DNA from: Bacteroidetes bacterium HLUCCA01
GTDB taxonomy: Bacteria; Bacteroidota; Rhodothermia; Balneolales; HLUCCA01
DNA: 64,000 nucleotides
Assembly: GCA_001314545.1 (NCBI GenBank)
Contig: LIHN01000019.1
Location: 192,150 to 256,149, forward strand
Direction of reading: 5' to 3'
The notes below the pieces were generated by a model that saw only the letters and a program-made list of their open reading frames with translations, ran no database searches and was not told the origin of the DNA. This document shows, one piece after another, positions 48,070 to 58,670 of this stretch. Made by a program: the position numbers and the translations under genes. The number at the start of each line of letters is the position of its first letter. Positions within the stretch are counted from its first letter, which is position 1.

Positions 48070-49620
48070 ATGTCAAAACAAGCTAAATTCGACCGGCTGG
48101 CAGAACTTCGGGAACAATCCAAACTCGGCGGGGGTCCCGATCGCATCAAAAAGCAGCACGAAAGCGGTAAACTGACCGCCCGTGAACGACTTGAAATACT
48201 GCTGGATAAGGGCAGTTTCGAGGAAACCGGTGCATTTGTTCAGCATCGCAGCAAAGATTTCGGGCTGGACAAGCAGCAGTATCCCGGTGACGGCGTTGTT
48301 ACCGGTTTCGGGAAAATTGACGGCAGACCGGTTTATGTATACAGTCAGGATTTCACGGTACTGGGGGGTTCACTTTCTGAAACCCATGCCGAAAAAATCT
48401 GCAAAGTCATGGATCTTGCCCTGAAAAACGGCGTTCCGGTCATTGGACTGAACGATTCCGGGGGTGCGCGTATTCAGGAGGGCGTGGTTTCTCTGGGTGG
48501 ATATGCCGAGGTATTCTGGCGCAACAGTATGGCCTCCGGGGTAATACCCCAGCTCAGTGCCGTCATGGGTCCGTGTGCGGGAGGGGCTGTGTACTCACCG
48601 GCCATTACCGATTTCATATTCATGGTGCAGGATACCAGTTTCATGTTTGTCACCGGTCCGAACGTGGTAAAAACTGTGACCCATGAAGAAGTCAGCAGCG
48701 AAGACCTGGGCGGGGCTTCAGCACACAGCACCAAATCGGGCGTGTGTCATTTCACCAGTGACAACGATGCAGAGTGCCTGATGCAGCTTCGCAGGCTTTA
48801 CGCCTATCTGCCGCTGAATTGTGAGGAAAAAGCTCCCCGGTCTGCCGGAACCGACCCGGATAAGAGCAAAGCAGACGCACTGGATTTCATCATACCGGAT
48901 AATCCCAACAAGCCCTACGACATCAAGGATGTGATCAATGGTATCATCGATGCCGGTTCATTCATGGAAGTGCATGAACACTACGCTGATAATATTGTTG
49001 TCGGGTTTGCCCGGCTGGATGGTCGCTCTGTGGGGATTGTTGCCAACCAGCCGCTTTCACTGGCCGGCTGCCTGGACATCAACGCCTCCATCAAAGGTGC
49101 CCGTTTTGTGCGTTTTTGCGATGCCTTCAATATCCCGCTGGTGGTCTTTGAAGACGTGCCCGGGTTCCTGCCCGGCACCGATCAGGAATGGGGCGGCATC
49201 ATCAAACACGGGGCAAAGCTGCTGTATGCGTTCTGTGAGGCCACGGTACCCAAAGTTACGGTCATCACCAGGAAGGCTTACGGCGGAGCCTACGATGTGA
49301 TGAATTCCAAGCACATTCGGGCCGACTACAACGTAGCCTGGCCAACCGCTGAAATTGCCGTCATGGGTACCAAGGGAGCCGTTGAAATTATCTTCCGACG
49401 AGAAATCGGCAAATCTGAAGATCCTGCAGCACGTCAGGCCGAACTGGAAGCCAGTTACGAAGAAACCTTCGCCAATCCCTACCGCGCCGCCGCCCATGGG
49501 TACGTTGATGATGTTATTTATCCCCGTGAAACCCGTCAGAAACTGATCAGGGTTCTGGAGGTCATACAACATAAAGCCGACACGGTACCGCGCAAGAAAC
49601 ATGATAATCTGCCCCTGTAG
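48070..49620 (+). CDS. Acyl-CoA carboxylase carboxyltransferase (beta) subunit (propionyl-CoA carboxylase beta / methylmalonyl-CoA carboxyltransferase type)
   Basis: [63 protein letters not shown]. 516 aa. Confidence 0.92.
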   Translation: MSKQAKFDRLAELREQSKLGGGPDRIKKQHESGKLTARERLEILLDKGSFEETGAFVQHRSKDFGLDKQQYPGDGVVTGFGKIDGRPVYVYSQDFTVLGGSLSETHAEKICKVMDLALKNGVPVIGLNDSGGARIQEGVVSLGGYAEVFWRNSMASGVIPQLSAVMGPCAGGAVYSPAITDFIFMVQDTSFMFVTGPNVVKTVTHEEVSSEDLGGASAHSTKSGVCHFTSDNDAECLMQLRRLYAYLPLNCEEKAPRSAGTDPDKSKADALDFIIPDNPNKPYDIKDVINGIIDAGSFMEVHEHYADNIVVGFARLDGRSVGIVANQPLSLAGCLDINASIKGARFVRFCDAFNIPLVVFEDVPGFLPGTDQEWGGIIKHGAKLLYAFCEATVPKVTVITRKAYGGAYDVMNSKHIRADYNVAWPTAEIAVMGTKGAVEIIFRREIGKSEDPAARQAELEASYEETFANPYRAAAHGYVDDVIYPRETRQKLIRVLEVIQHKADTVPRKKHDNLPL

Positions 49621-50987
49621 TGAGTTTATTCGACCCACCGGAATCCGATTCCGGCAGTAAGCACAGCCGAAGTGAAGGCCGGCGTTTCGAGCCCCTGGCT
49701 ACACGGATGCGTCCGCGGAATATTGATGAGTATGCCGGTCAGCAGCACCTTTTAGGGCCCGGCAAACTGCTTCGAAGGGCCATCGAGAGCAAGATGATCG
49801 GGTCTATGATATTTCACGGACCGCCGAGCAGTGGCAAAACCACCCTCGCCCTGGTCATTTCCACCGAAATGGATGCCCGTTTCGTCACGCTCAACGCGGT
49901 GCTGGATGGCGTGAAGGAGTTGCGCTCAGCCGTAGCCCAGGCCGAGCATTACCAGAAGACCAACGGTCAGGCTACCATTTTATTCGTCGATGAAATCCAT
50001 CGCTGGAACAAAGCCCAGCAGGATGCCTTGCTGCCGCATATTGAGTCGGGTCTGCTCACGCTGATCGGGGCCACCACCGAAAACCCCTACTACTCCCTGG
50101 TGGGTCCGCTGCTCTCACGCTGCCAGATGTTCGAGCTGGAACCGTTTACCCGGGATGACATCCGTTTGCTGCTGCAGCGGGCCCTGGACGATGACGATCG
50201 CGGACTGGGCCATTTCAAGGTTAAAATCGATGAGGATGCCCTCGATCATTTTGCCTCCTACGCCGGAGGGGATATCCGCAACGCCCTGAATGCCCTGGAT
50301 ATTGCTACCCGGACCCTGGGTCCGGCGGCCGATGGGTTCAGGCACATCACCCTGGACATAGCCCGGGAGTCTATCCAAAAACGGGTAGTCCGCTACGACG
50401 GCAGCGGCGATGAACACTATCATTACGCCTCGGCCTTTATCAAATCCATGCGCGGATCCGACCCGGATGCCGCGCTTTACTGGATGGCAGCCATGCTGGA
50501 GGGTGGTGAAGATCCGATGTTCATATTCCGCCGAATGCTCATTTTTGCCTCTGAAGATGTGGGTATGGCCGATTCTTTTGCGCTGACCTTCACCGTCAGC
50601 GCCCAGGACGCCTTCGAACGCACCGGTATGCCTGAGGGACTGTACTATCTGGCACATACCTGCATCTACCTGAGTCTGGCACCTAAAAGCAACAGTACCG
50701 GGGCCGTTTTCCAGGTCATGGCCGATATCCGCAGCAAGGGAACCGGCAAGGTACCTCCACACCTGCGCGACAAAACAGCCAGCGGCAAACAGTCGCGATA
50801 CACGGGACAGGAAAATCCGTCTGAATCGTATCAATATCCGCACATCTATCCCTCCCACTGGGTAGAGCAACAATACCTGCCGGATGAGAAAAAAGACACC
50901 GTCTGGTTCAAGGCCAGCAATCAGGGACGGGAAAAAGCCTTGTGGGAGCGCCTGCTGAAAATCAGGGAAACGTATGGGAAATACTAG
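49620..50987 (+). CDS. rarA: Replication-associated recombination protein A (RarA/MgsA AAA+ ATPase)
   Basis: [29 protein letters not shown], Walker [10 protein letters not shown], Walker [20 protein letters not shown], and C-terminal MgsA block ([23 protein letters not shown]). The GTG start overlaps the preceding stop by 1 nt. Confidence 0.92.
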   Translation: MSLFDPPESDSGSKHSRSEGRRFEPLATRMRPRNIDEYAGQQHLLGPGKLLRRAIESKMIGSMIFHGPPSSGKTTLALVISTEMDARFVTLNAVLDGVKELRSAVAQAEHYQKTNGQATILFVDEIHRWNKAQQDALLPHIESGLLTLIGATTENPYYSLVGPLLSRCQMFELEPFTRDDIRLLLQRALDDDDRGLGHFKVKIDEDALDHFASYAGGDIRNALNALDIATRTLGPAADGFRHITLDIARESIQKRVVRYDGSGDEHYHYASAFIKSMRGSDPDAALYWMAAMLEGGEDPMFIFRRMLIFASEDVGMADSFALTFTVSAQDAFERTGMPEGLYYLAHTCIYLSLAPKSNSTGAVFQVMADIRSKGTGKVPPHLRDKTASGKQSRYTGQENPSESYQYPHIYPSHWVEQQYLPDEKKDTVWFKASNQGREKALWERLLKIRETYGKY

Positions 50988-51163
50988 TCTGATGAAGGTA
51001 GAAAACATAAAACAAGCTGCCCCGGGGTCAACCGGAACAGCTTGATTGGAGGCTTGCGACTAAGCCTCGTCTTCGCCAGAGTTGTTACATTTTAGAAAAG
51101 GTACAAACCCGCTCACGGTCGATAAGGGCACGTGTACCTTGCAGATCCGGGTTACAAGACCTC

Positions 51164-51835
51164 CTACAGACTGAATCCAACCAGGAAAAATGCATTTTCC
51201 TGATAGGGATTAATCAGAAATGAACCGTTAAGGGTCAGGGAGAACATCTCGGTAAGGACAATTTCACGGGAGGTTCCCAGTCCGGCCGATACGATACCGG
51301 CACCGGTTGTGCCATACATAGCCGAGGCGGACGGTGTCATCCCCAGCGACAGTTCGATGTTGCTGATACTGTAACCCAGTTCAGCGTACACAGAATAGTC
51401 ATCGTCGTTGGTCACAAAAACCCCGGTAAACAGGGTTAATGGCAGGTTCTCGGTCCCACCGTAGGCCAGACCCAGCTCAACAAAGTGCGCCTCGGAGGTA
51501 AAATAATTTCCCGTTGGGGACTCAGGGAACGTATAATCGGTAATCATAAGGTCGAAGTTGCCGATACCGGTTTCCAGACTATAGGAAGCGAACAAATCGA
51601 TTTCGCTGCCCGCAGGGTTCCCGTTGCTTGCAAAAGCGGCCCAGCCCCCGACGGTAAAATTACCGGCTGAATAACTGATTTGCGGCTGAAATGAGGGTGA
51701 ATTTCCAAAATCAGTACCTCTCCATACATAGCGGCTGTTCACATCCAGTCCCAGATCAACCTGCGCATAGGCAGGCATCGCAATGCCCAGCATCACGATC
51801 ATCATTCCCAAACCAATTTTCAAGGGATTTTTCAT
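51164..51835 (-). CDS. Outer-membrane beta-barrel protein (TorF/Gcw-like putative porin) downstream of amt
   Basis: Signal peptide ending AYAQ. Alternating beta-strand pattern (NSRYVWRGTDFGNSPSFQPQISYSAGNFTVGGWAAFA...). C-terminal aromatic residue (..LVGFSL). Confidence 0.7.
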   Translation of the reverse strand: MKNPLKIGLGMMIVMLGIAMPAYAQVDLGLDVNSRYVWRGTDFGNSPSFQPQISYSAGNFTVGGWAAFASNGNPAGSEIDLFASYSLETGIGNFDLMITDYTFPESPTGNYFTSEAHFVELGLAYGGTENLPLTLFTGVFVTNDDDYSVYAELGYSISNIELSLGMTPSASAMYGTTGAGIVSAGLGTSREIVLTEMFSLTLNGSFLINPYQENAFFLVGFSL

Positions 51836-51947
51836 ACGGCATTCTCTCCATTTATCTATTTACGACCCTAACCTTAGTAATGAGCGGGAGGGTTTAAGCC
51901 CCCCCGCCTGAGTTTTTCTCAGTTTCCTACTTCCGACACGAATTACC

Positions 51948-53375
51948 TTATTTCGATAAGAGCTCAACACCGGCAAAGCTGGGGTAAGCATTGTTCCCAT
52001 GCTCTTCCAGGTCCAGTCCGCCAAGTTCTACTTCCGGTGATACACGCACACCCATGGTGAATTTAAGCGCTGCAAATACCGCAAAGGAGAACACAAAGGT
52101 AAAGGCCACAACCGCAGTGGTACCGATGAGCTGGGTTACAAAGCTGTATTCAGCAGAGAAGATGCCCACGGCGAGCGTACCCCAGACCCCGCAGATTCCG
52201 TGCACCGATATGGCTCCAACCGGATCATCTACACGGAGTTTATCGAACATATTGATTGACAATACCACCAGTATACCGGCAAGCAGACCAATCATCATGG
52301 CGGAGGTCGGTGAAACCACATCGGCTCCGGCGGTGATACCGACCAGGCCGGCCAGGATTCCGTTCAATGCCATGGGAGCATCCAGTTTATGCATGGTCAC
52401 ATAGGTGGCTACCATCGCAGCCAGAGCACCAGCGGCAGCAGCCAGAGCTGTATTTACGAATACGAAAGAAATGGCCGTCGGGTCAGCGCTCAGTACGGAA
52501 CCGCCGTTGAAACCGAACCATCCGAACCATAGCAGGAAGATACCCACCGTTGCCAGGGGAATATTGTGTCCCGGAATCAGATTGACTTTGCCGTTATCAT
52601 ATTTCCCGGCGCGGGCACCCAGCAACAGGACGCAGGCGAGTCCGGCGAATCCTCCCACAGCATGCACCAGGGTAGACCCGGCAAAATCGTAGAAGCCAAG
52701 GGAGTCGAGCCATCCTCCACCCCATTTCCAGCTGCCGGTTATAGGATAGGAAATGGCCACCAGCAGCGCACCGAAAATCATGAATGCCGGTAACTTGATC
52801 CTGCCTGTAACACATCCCGACACAATTGTTGCGGCCGTTGCGGCAAACATGGCCTGAAATATAAAGTCGGTCCATATGGTCATGTCCAGTCCGTAGGCTG
52901 GAGTGAGCATGCCGATGGGGTCGGCCGCATCATAACCGATGCCAAATCCTCCGAAACCGAAAAATCCGTTGAAATCGCCCGGATACATGATTTGAAAACC
53001 GACCAGCGCATACGTAATGATACCGGTAGCCAGAATAAAGACATTCTTGTAAATCACATTCACGGAGTTTTTAGCCTGGGTAAATCCGCTTTCTACGGTG
53101 GCGAAACCCAGGTGCATAATAAAAACCAACGCGGCGGCCATGAGAACCCACAGGTTATCAATCATGAATTTCACGTAGCCCGCAGAAGCCTGAAATTCTT
53201 CTATACTGGCATACCCGGTTTCCTCAGCAACCTCGGGCTGCTCGACAGGAATTTCGGAAACCGTCTGCGTTACCTGCATTTCAACACCGGCAAGATCCCC
53301 CTCCTGCCCGGTTACGTATTGGGCTGCGAAGACAAGCAGCACCAAAGCGACTAATGTTTTTATGTATTTTACCAT
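51948..53375 (-). CDS. amt: Ammonium transporter (Amt family) with N-terminal signal/extension
   Basis: DNLWVLMAAALVFIMHLGFATVESG, AATIVSG, LVHAVGGFAGLA, GWFGFNGGS, VHGICGVWGTLAVGIF. 475 aa. Confidence 0.95.
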   Translation of the reverse strand: MVKYIKTLVALVLLVFAAQYVTGQEGDLAGVEMQVTQTVSEIPVEQPEVAEETGYASIEEFQASAGYVKFMIDNLWVLMAAALVFIMHLGFATVESGFTQAKNSVNVIYKNVFILATGIITYALVGFQIMYPGDFNGFFGFGGFGIGYDAADPIGMLTPAYGLDMTIWTDFIFQAMFAATAATIVSGCVTGRIKLPAFMIFGALLVAISYPITGSWKWGGGWLDSLGFYDFAGSTLVHAVGGFAGLACVLLLGARAGKYDNGKVNLIPGHNIPLATVGIFLLWFGWFGFNGGSVLSADPTAISFVFVNTALAAAAGALAAMVATYVTMHKLDAPMALNGILAGLVGITAGADVVSPTSAMMIGLLAGILVVLSINMFDKLRVDDPVGAISVHGICGVWGTLAVGIFSAEYSFVTQLIGTTAVVAFTFVFSFAVFAALKFTMGVRVSPEVELGGLDLEEHGNNAYPSFAGVELLSK

Positions 53376-53639
53376 AATTGACCTTTGTTGTTTAGTGGAT
53401 GACCTAATTTCTAGGCAATATCGAACAAAGTCAATAGTTTTTTAATTCATATAAATTATTTGCATTACTATTTTAGGCATCGATGTTGAAAAAGCGCTTT
53501 TTGTTCGAAAAAATAATTTATAAACCTGCACAATGTAGTGTGGGTGGTTGAACGGAACCAATAGCAGGTTCGGGGTGTTGGCTGTTGGCATAGAATCATT
53601 TACCGCTAATTTAATTCGGACTGACACTCAATAATATTT

Positions 53640-54206
53640 ATGAAACGCATAGTTATACTCGCCTGTACCGACCGACCTGAATCCAATACACTTCGCTTCT
53701 CGAAGTATCTGAAACCACACTATGAAAAACTGGGAGTACAGGCCAGCGTCGTCAGTCTTCAGGACTATCCACTGGAGCAGGTTGTGGGTGGCAAATACGG
53801 CGAAAAGATCCCCTCGGTAACGTCCTTCAACAATACCATACTTGAAGCCGACGGGCTGGTATTTGTCATACCCGAGTACAACGGGTCATTCCCCGGAATT
53901 TTCAAGATGTTTATCGACTATCTCCCATTTCCGGCCTCCTTCCTGGGTAAGCCTATCTCTTTTGTGGGAGTTGCCAACGGGGCATTCGGCGGACTGCGGG
54001 CCGTTGAACAGGCCCAGCAGGTTGTGGGCTACCGAAATGCGTATGTTTTCCCGGAACGTGTATTTCTGGCTCGTTTCAGCAAAAATTTTTCCGATGAAAA
54101 CGGTCTCACAGAGGAGATGCAGCAAAAATTACTCCGTTCACAGATGCGCAATTTCGTGACGTATATTAATCAGACGCTGCCCCCGGTCGACCTGGAGACT
54201 CCCTAG
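53640..54206 (+). CDS. NAD(P)H-dependent FMN reductase family oxidoreductase
   Basis: MKRIVILACTDRPESNT, and VFVIPEYNGSFPGIFKMFIDYL (flavodoxin-like FMN_red fold). Confidence 0.8.
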   Translation: MKRIVILACTDRPESNTLRFSKYLKPHYEKLGVQASVVSLQDYPLEQVVGGKYGEKIPSVTSFNNTILEADGLVFVIPEYNGSFPGIFKMFIDYLPFPASFLGKPISFVGVANGAFGGLRAVEQAQQVVGYRNAYVFPERVFLARFSKNFSDENGLTEEMQQKLLRSQMRNFVTYINQTLPPVDLETP

Positions 54207-54275
54207 GCATTCCGACGGGTAACATAGCCTTGATGAAGCGGGAACGGCCGCACCGGTTTGGTGATTACAGCATGT

Positions 54276-55442
54276 ATGTCGTCGATAACCCTCATAGGAT
54301 CCGGAGGAGCCGGACTGGCCTTCCTCCACCATTTCGCCAGTTCAGCTATTCGCCACTGGCCGCTAACGGTTATTGATCCGAATCCGCAATCTGCCCACTC
54401 CAAGACCTGGTGCTATTGGTCGGAACCCGGGGAATTGTCGCAGCTTACGCCGGATTTCAGCTGGACTGATTTTATGGTCAGCGGCACTACCGATGCAACG
54501 ACCTGTGAGCTGAATCGCTACAGGTATCATTGTGTTGGGGGGGCTTCCTTCCACCGGATAGTAATGAATCAGCTGAAATCCCTGCCCAATGTCCGATTCA
54601 TTCACGAAAAAGCCGAAAGCATATCCTGGAATCCGCAAAATACTACCGTGGAGGTTACCTTGAGCAATACCGAGGTCGTATCATCGGTATATTGCTTTAC
54701 CAGTGCACCGCACGAATCTCCGGAAAAACTGCAGCAAGACCGGGCTTCTTCACCCTTCCTGCAGCAATTTGCCGGCGGAATCGTTGCATTCGATAAGCCT
54801 GTGTTTGATGCTGATACCCTGACCCTGATGGATTTCAAGGTAGATCAGCACCCCGGTTCCGTGCATTTTGCCTATGTTCTGCCACACGACGCAAATAAGG
54901 CCCTCATCGAAATAACGGCCTTCACCCCTGAGTTATACAGCGAGGCTCACTTTCATAAGGCTTTTATCCGGTACGTTGAACGCATCGCATCGACCAAAAA
55001 CTGTGGGTACAGGCTCCTGGAACCGGAGCAGGGGGTCATTCCCATGCACATCGGCCACCATGCGCGCAAATTGAATCCCCATACCTTTACCCTCGGCACA
55101 CAGTCGGGTATGGTGAAACCGAGCACAGGCTATGCCTTTTTTGCGATGCATCAGCAGGCCCGGTTCTACATCAACGAACTGATGGCGGGTGGGGGCACAC
55201 TACGAGCCTACCCCGCCGTTCACGGCAGGTTCCGGTTCTATGATGCCCTGCTGCTGGATATACTTCGCGTTGACCCCCACCAAACCATATCCATATTTCA
55301 GACCCTGTTCAGAAACGTAAACACCGATCGCGTCATGGAATTTCTGCGCGAGTCGAGCAGCTTGCCGTATGAGATGCTCATGTTCAGCAAGCTTCCCAAA
55401 AAACCCTTTCTTAAGGCATTATGGCGCCACGTATTCTCCTGA
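54276..55442 (+). CDS. crtY: Lycopene cyclase family protein (CrtY-type)
   Basis: Preferred ATG 54276 puts the dinucleotide-binding motif ITLIGSGGAGLA at the N-terminus. Also MDFKVDQ....FAYVLP and a GMVKPSTGYAF-type block. About 388 aa. Confidence 0.75.
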   Translation: MSSITLIGSGGAGLAFLHHFASSAIRHWPLTVIDPNPQSAHSKTWCYWSEPGELSQLTPDFSWTDFMVSGTTDATTCELNRYRYHCVGGASFHRIVMNQLKSLPNVRFIHEKAESISWNPQNTTVEVTLSNTEVVSSVYCFTSAPHESPEKLQQDRASSPFLQQFAGGIVAFDKPVFDADTLTLMDFKVDQHPGSVHFAYVLPHDANKALIEITAFTPELYSEAHFHKAFIRYVERIASTKNCGYRLLEPEQGVIPMHIGHHARKLNPHTFTLGTQSGMVKPSTGYAFFAMHQQARFYINELMAGGGTLRAYPAVHGRFRFYDALLLDILRVDPHQTISIFQTLFRNVNTDRVMEFLRESSSLPYEMLMFSKLPKKPFLKALWRHVFS

Positions 55443-56290
55443 CTACCGTCCTGCTGACGGCACATCTGTTTTTCCCGGCACTCAGTGAATGGCTGGCAAT
55501 ACCGGTTTTCATCGGCTCTATTATAACGATTGGTATGCTCCATGGCGGACTGGACCACCTTACCGCATTCCGGCATTTCAGCCTGAACGATGAACAACGA
55601 AAATGGCCCTGGTTTCTCGGAGGATACATGGCCATTATTGGCATATACGGTCTGCTTTGGCTGATCTCAGTACCGTTGGGCTTAACCCTTTTTTTGTTGC
55701 TCTCCTGTTACCATTTCGGTCAGCTGGACATGCATGAGCAAGCCCGTTCCGCCTGGCGAAAACCGTTGTATCTGAGTCGGGGTGTGTTTCTGCTCGGACT
55801 GATGATAACGGCACAGATTGAATCGGTAGCCGGTGTAATTGAACCCGTGATGACTACCGGCTACTTGATTGAGTTCATCGGAAACTGGCAGGTCTGGCTT
55901 ATTGGATTCATTGTAGTGCAGCACCTGGTCCTGCTAGGGGTTGGCACGAAGAAACTGAATGCACCTTTACTGACAGACACCCTGATTACCGGACTGATGT
56001 TCGGTTTGTTGCCACCGTTGCTGAGTTTCGGGTTGTATTTTGCCTTGTGGCACAGCTGGGATCACCTGCAACTGCTCAACCGGTATCTCAAACTGCCCGA
56101 CTGGTGGTCGCTCATCCGCAATGCCCTGCCCTTCACCCTATTGGCGCTGGCAGGGATTGCTGGTATCCTGGTTTTATTCGGGCAGTCTTTGCAGCAACCG
56201 GACGCGGTCATTTATGCGTTAATCGGCATCAGTCTGCTGACCATGCCCCATATGTTGCTGGTCGACCGGGTTGTTGAGCACGATCACTAA
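55421..56290 (+). CDS. blh: Brp/Blh-family beta-carotene 15,15'-dioxygenase
   Basis: Polytopic membrane protein with the four conserved His contexts I associate with Blh: MLHGGLDHL, CYHFGQLD, ALWHSWDHL, MPHML. Overlaps the crtY 3' end by 22 nt. Confidence 0.7.
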   Translation: MAPRILLTTVLLTAHLFFPALSEWLAIPVFIGSIITIGMLHGGLDHLTAFRHFSLNDEQRKWPWFLGGYMAIIGIYGLLWLISVPLGLTLFLLLSCYHFGQLDMHEQARSAWRKPLYLSRGVFLLGLMITAQIESVAGVIEPVMTTGYLIEFIGNWQVWLIGFIVVQHLVLLGVGTKKLNAPLLTDTLITGLMFGLLPPLLSFGLYFALWHSWDHLQLLNRYLKLPDWWSLIRNALPFTLLALAGIAGILVLFGQSLQQPDAVIYALIGISLLTMPHMLLVDRVVEHDH

Positions 56291-56305
56291 GCTGGCAGGC
56301 GTCAT

Positions 56306-57007
56306 TCAGTTCAGTTTCAGCATGTAGCCTACCCCGTGCAGGGTAACCAGGTACCGGGGATCATCCGGTTGCATTTCGATTTTGGAGCGAAGTTTGGAGA
56401 TGTGCACATCCACGGTACGGGTGTTTGTGGAGTACTCGTAGCGCCAGACATGTTCCAGCAACACATCCCGGGAGACGGGTTCGTTGGCCTGGCCAACCAG
56501 AAACCGGATCAGCTCCACTTCCCGGGTAGTCAGTTCGAACTCTCCATCGGGACGGATAACCTGCGACTCATTCAGCTCAATGCGCACCGGTCCCAGGGTG
56601 ATTACATCCATCGGACCTGTTTTTGAGTAGGAATTGGCCCGGCGCAGTCGAGCCTGGATTCGCGCAAGCAACTCTTTGACGCCAAATGGCTTGGTCATGT
56701 AATCATCGGCCCCGATATTCAGACCGGTAACCTTATCAATTTCCTGGTCGCGGGCGGTGAGCATGATGATCGGAAAGGTAAATTTATCTTCACGAACCTG
56801 CTTGCAGATTTCAAAGCCGCTGGTACCGGGAAGCATCACATCCAGAATCATCAGATCCGGTTTGATATCATGTACCAGCTGAACCGCATCACTGCCGGTT
56901 TCGGAAATATGTACCTCGTAACCCTCGTTTTCCAGGGTATCCTGCAGGGTAAAAACCAAACTTGGTTCATCTTCCACAACAAGTATTTTTTTAGTCTTAG
57001 CTGGCAT
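56306..57007 (-). CDS. OmpR/PhoB-type response regulator
   Basis: Preferred ATG 57007 (MPAKTKKILVVEDEPS). Receiver motifs LMILDVMLPG, LTA and TKPF. Winged-helix output (LTTREVELIRFL...TRTVDVHISKLRSKIE...TLHGVGY). Confidence 0.9.
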   Translation of the reverse strand: MPAKTKKILVVEDEPSLVFTLQDTLENEGYEVHISETGSDAVQLVHDIKPDLMILDVMLPGTSGFEICKQVREDKFTFPIIMLTARDQEIDKVTGLNIGADDYMTKPFGVKELLARIQARLRRANSYSKTGPMDVITLGPVRIELNESQVIRPDGEFELTTREVELIRFLVGQANEPVSRDVLLEHVWRYEYSTNTRTVDVHISKLRSKIEMQPDDPRYLVTLHGVGYMLKLN

Positions 57008-58670
57008 ATTCAATCTTGGCGTTAGAGTTAACTGTGCGAGGCTCAGAGGCAGCACTGGCCTGGTATATCGGGAATGTTACTGAAAAAACGGAACCTTTCC
57101 GATAGGTGGATTCAACGGTGATGGTACCACCATTGAGTTCAACAAGATTCTTAACAATGGAAAGTCCCAAACCGTGCCCTTTCGTGCGGGCCGTAAGCGT
57201 ATCTTCTGCCCGGTAGAACTTATCAAAAATATGTTTTCGGGCGGCCGTCGGTATACCATGACCGTGGTCTTCAACCTCCAGAATCACTGCGCTGCGATTA
57301 CTTCGCAGCCGAACCGCCAGATACTTCTCCTCGCCGGAGTATTTCATGGCATTCTCCACCAGGTTACCCAGAATAGTCTGAAAATTTTCCCGATCTGCCA
57401 TAACATCGGGCAGGGGCGACTGCAGGTCAATGACCGGCTCAAATCCTGCCTGTGCAATCAACGTCTGATGTTCCTGCAGATAGGAGGCAACCAGTTCACC
57501 GAGGTTTACCCGTTCAGGATGGATACGTTGCTGACCGGCATCACTTTTAGCCACATCCAGCAATTTTTCAATCATACGTCGTAGTCGCATAGACTCGGTG
57601 TAGATATGCTCCCCGTAAACTTTAAGTCGTTCAGGCCTGGTTACGCGGCCATCGGCCAGATTTTCACCGGCAGCCTGCATAACAGCCAGGGGCGTTTTAA
57701 GTTCGTGTGTCACATTAGCCAGAAAACCAGCCTGACGCTCCATCAGGCTCCGCTCGCGCTGGGCGATGATAAACATGATGGTCAGGCTTCCCAGTAAGAG
57801 AACCAGAACCGCGCCCATGACAATCAAGTTTCGCTGCAGATTTCCGGCAGAGGCTAGTACCGCAGGATTCTCATCAAATACTACCTTGATATTCCAGTTA
57901 TCCAGCAAATCCGGAAAGCGCTGAATATACTCTACACCCCGGCGGTCGTACGGCGTGTCCGGATCATTGGTTGCCAGAACCTCGTTGAGCAGCCAGTCGT
58001 GCAGCCAAACCGTCATCCCGCTCTCATCGCGTGTACCAAACACATCCATGAGTTTACCGGCGAGATACTCGTTGACCAGATAATCCCGGTTAATGGAAAA
58101 TGACAAGTACCCTACAATTGAGGCTCCCCGGGGATTGATCAGCGCTACGTTCATGGTACGATGGGTATCAAATACAACCTTGGTATTCCACCGATAATCG
58201 TTAATGAGCACATTCATGCGGGTGCGTGTGAGGCTGATACCATCACAGGCCGATTGCGGAGGGAGACTCTCGTTCACAAACTGTCTGGTTCCGGTATCAA
58301 ATATTTTAATAGCTCCGGATTGCCCGCAGTCTTGAAAATCGGCACCGGCAAAGTATACCTTATCAAACAACGAATCTTCCATGGCTCTTGCCAGAACTTC
58401 GCCCAAGGCAGGATTCAGAGGAGCATTGCGGGCGATTTCATCATGCAACTGCTCCATGTTGAGCCGCCAGATCCCTTCAACCGGTGCCCGGAACCGGTTT
58501 CGGGTAGTGTAGGTAAAATCCGCGAGTTGTGTCTTCTGCCGGTCGGAAGCCGAACTGATGGTAGATTCATGCAGGGCGTACAGGGAATACACATTCATGA
58601 CCGTAAGACTGACAATGGCAAACAGAGCCATTCCAAGCATAATCCAGCGGATGGTCAGAAATTTCTTCAT
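56997..58670 (-). CDS. Sensor histidine kinase (periplasmic sensor, HisKA-HATPase_c)
   Basis: Preferred ATG 58670 (MKKFLTIRWIMLGMALFAIVSL). Second TM near residue 300, H-box FLANVTHELKTPL, N/G boxes (LVENAMKYS, DHGHGIP, GHGLGLSIV). Overlaps the response regulator start by 11 nt. Confidence 0.88.
   Translation of the reverse strand: MKKFLTIRWIMLGMALFAIVSLTVMNVYSLYALHESTISSASDRQKTQLADFTYTTRNRFRAPVEGIWRLNMEQLHDEIARNAPLNPALGEVLARAMEDSLFDKVYFAGADFQDCGQSGAIKIFDTGTRQFVNESLPPQSACDGISLTRTRMNVLINDYRWNTKVVFDTHRTMNVALINPRGASIVGYLSFSINRDYLVNEYLAGKLMDVFGTRDESGMTVWLHDWLLNEVLATNDPDTPYDRRGVEYIQRFPDLLDNWNIKVVFDENPAVLASAGNLQRNLIVMGAVLVLLLGSLTIMFIIAQRERSLMERQAGFLANVTHELKTPLAVMQAAGENLADGRVTRPERLKVYGEHIYTESMRLRRMIEKLLDVAKSDAGQQRIHPERVNLGELVASYLQEHQTLIAQAGFEPVIDLQSPLPDVMADRENFQTILGNLVENAMKYSGEEKYLAVRLRSNRSAVILEVEDHGHGIPTAARKHIFDKFYRAEDTLTARTKGHGLGLSIVKNLVELNGGTITVESTYRKGSVFSVTFPIYQASAASEPRTVNSNAKIEYAS

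Noticed and set aside
50115-51008. 297-aa minus-strand ORF
   Set aside because: It is antisense to rarA, whose Walker A/B and MgsA C-terminal blocks are on the plus strand.
53442-53627. 61-aa minus-strand ORF in the amt / FMN-reductase divergent region
   Set aside because: It lies in an AT-rich promoter region and the peptide is implausible.
53376-53639. Sigma-54 (-24 TGGCAC / -12 TTGC) promoter upstream of amt, and likewise upstream of gltB (22692..23084)
   Set aside because: Only partial look-alikes with wrong spacing were found (for example TTGGCATAGAATCATTT and TGGGTTATTGCA). They are not supportable.
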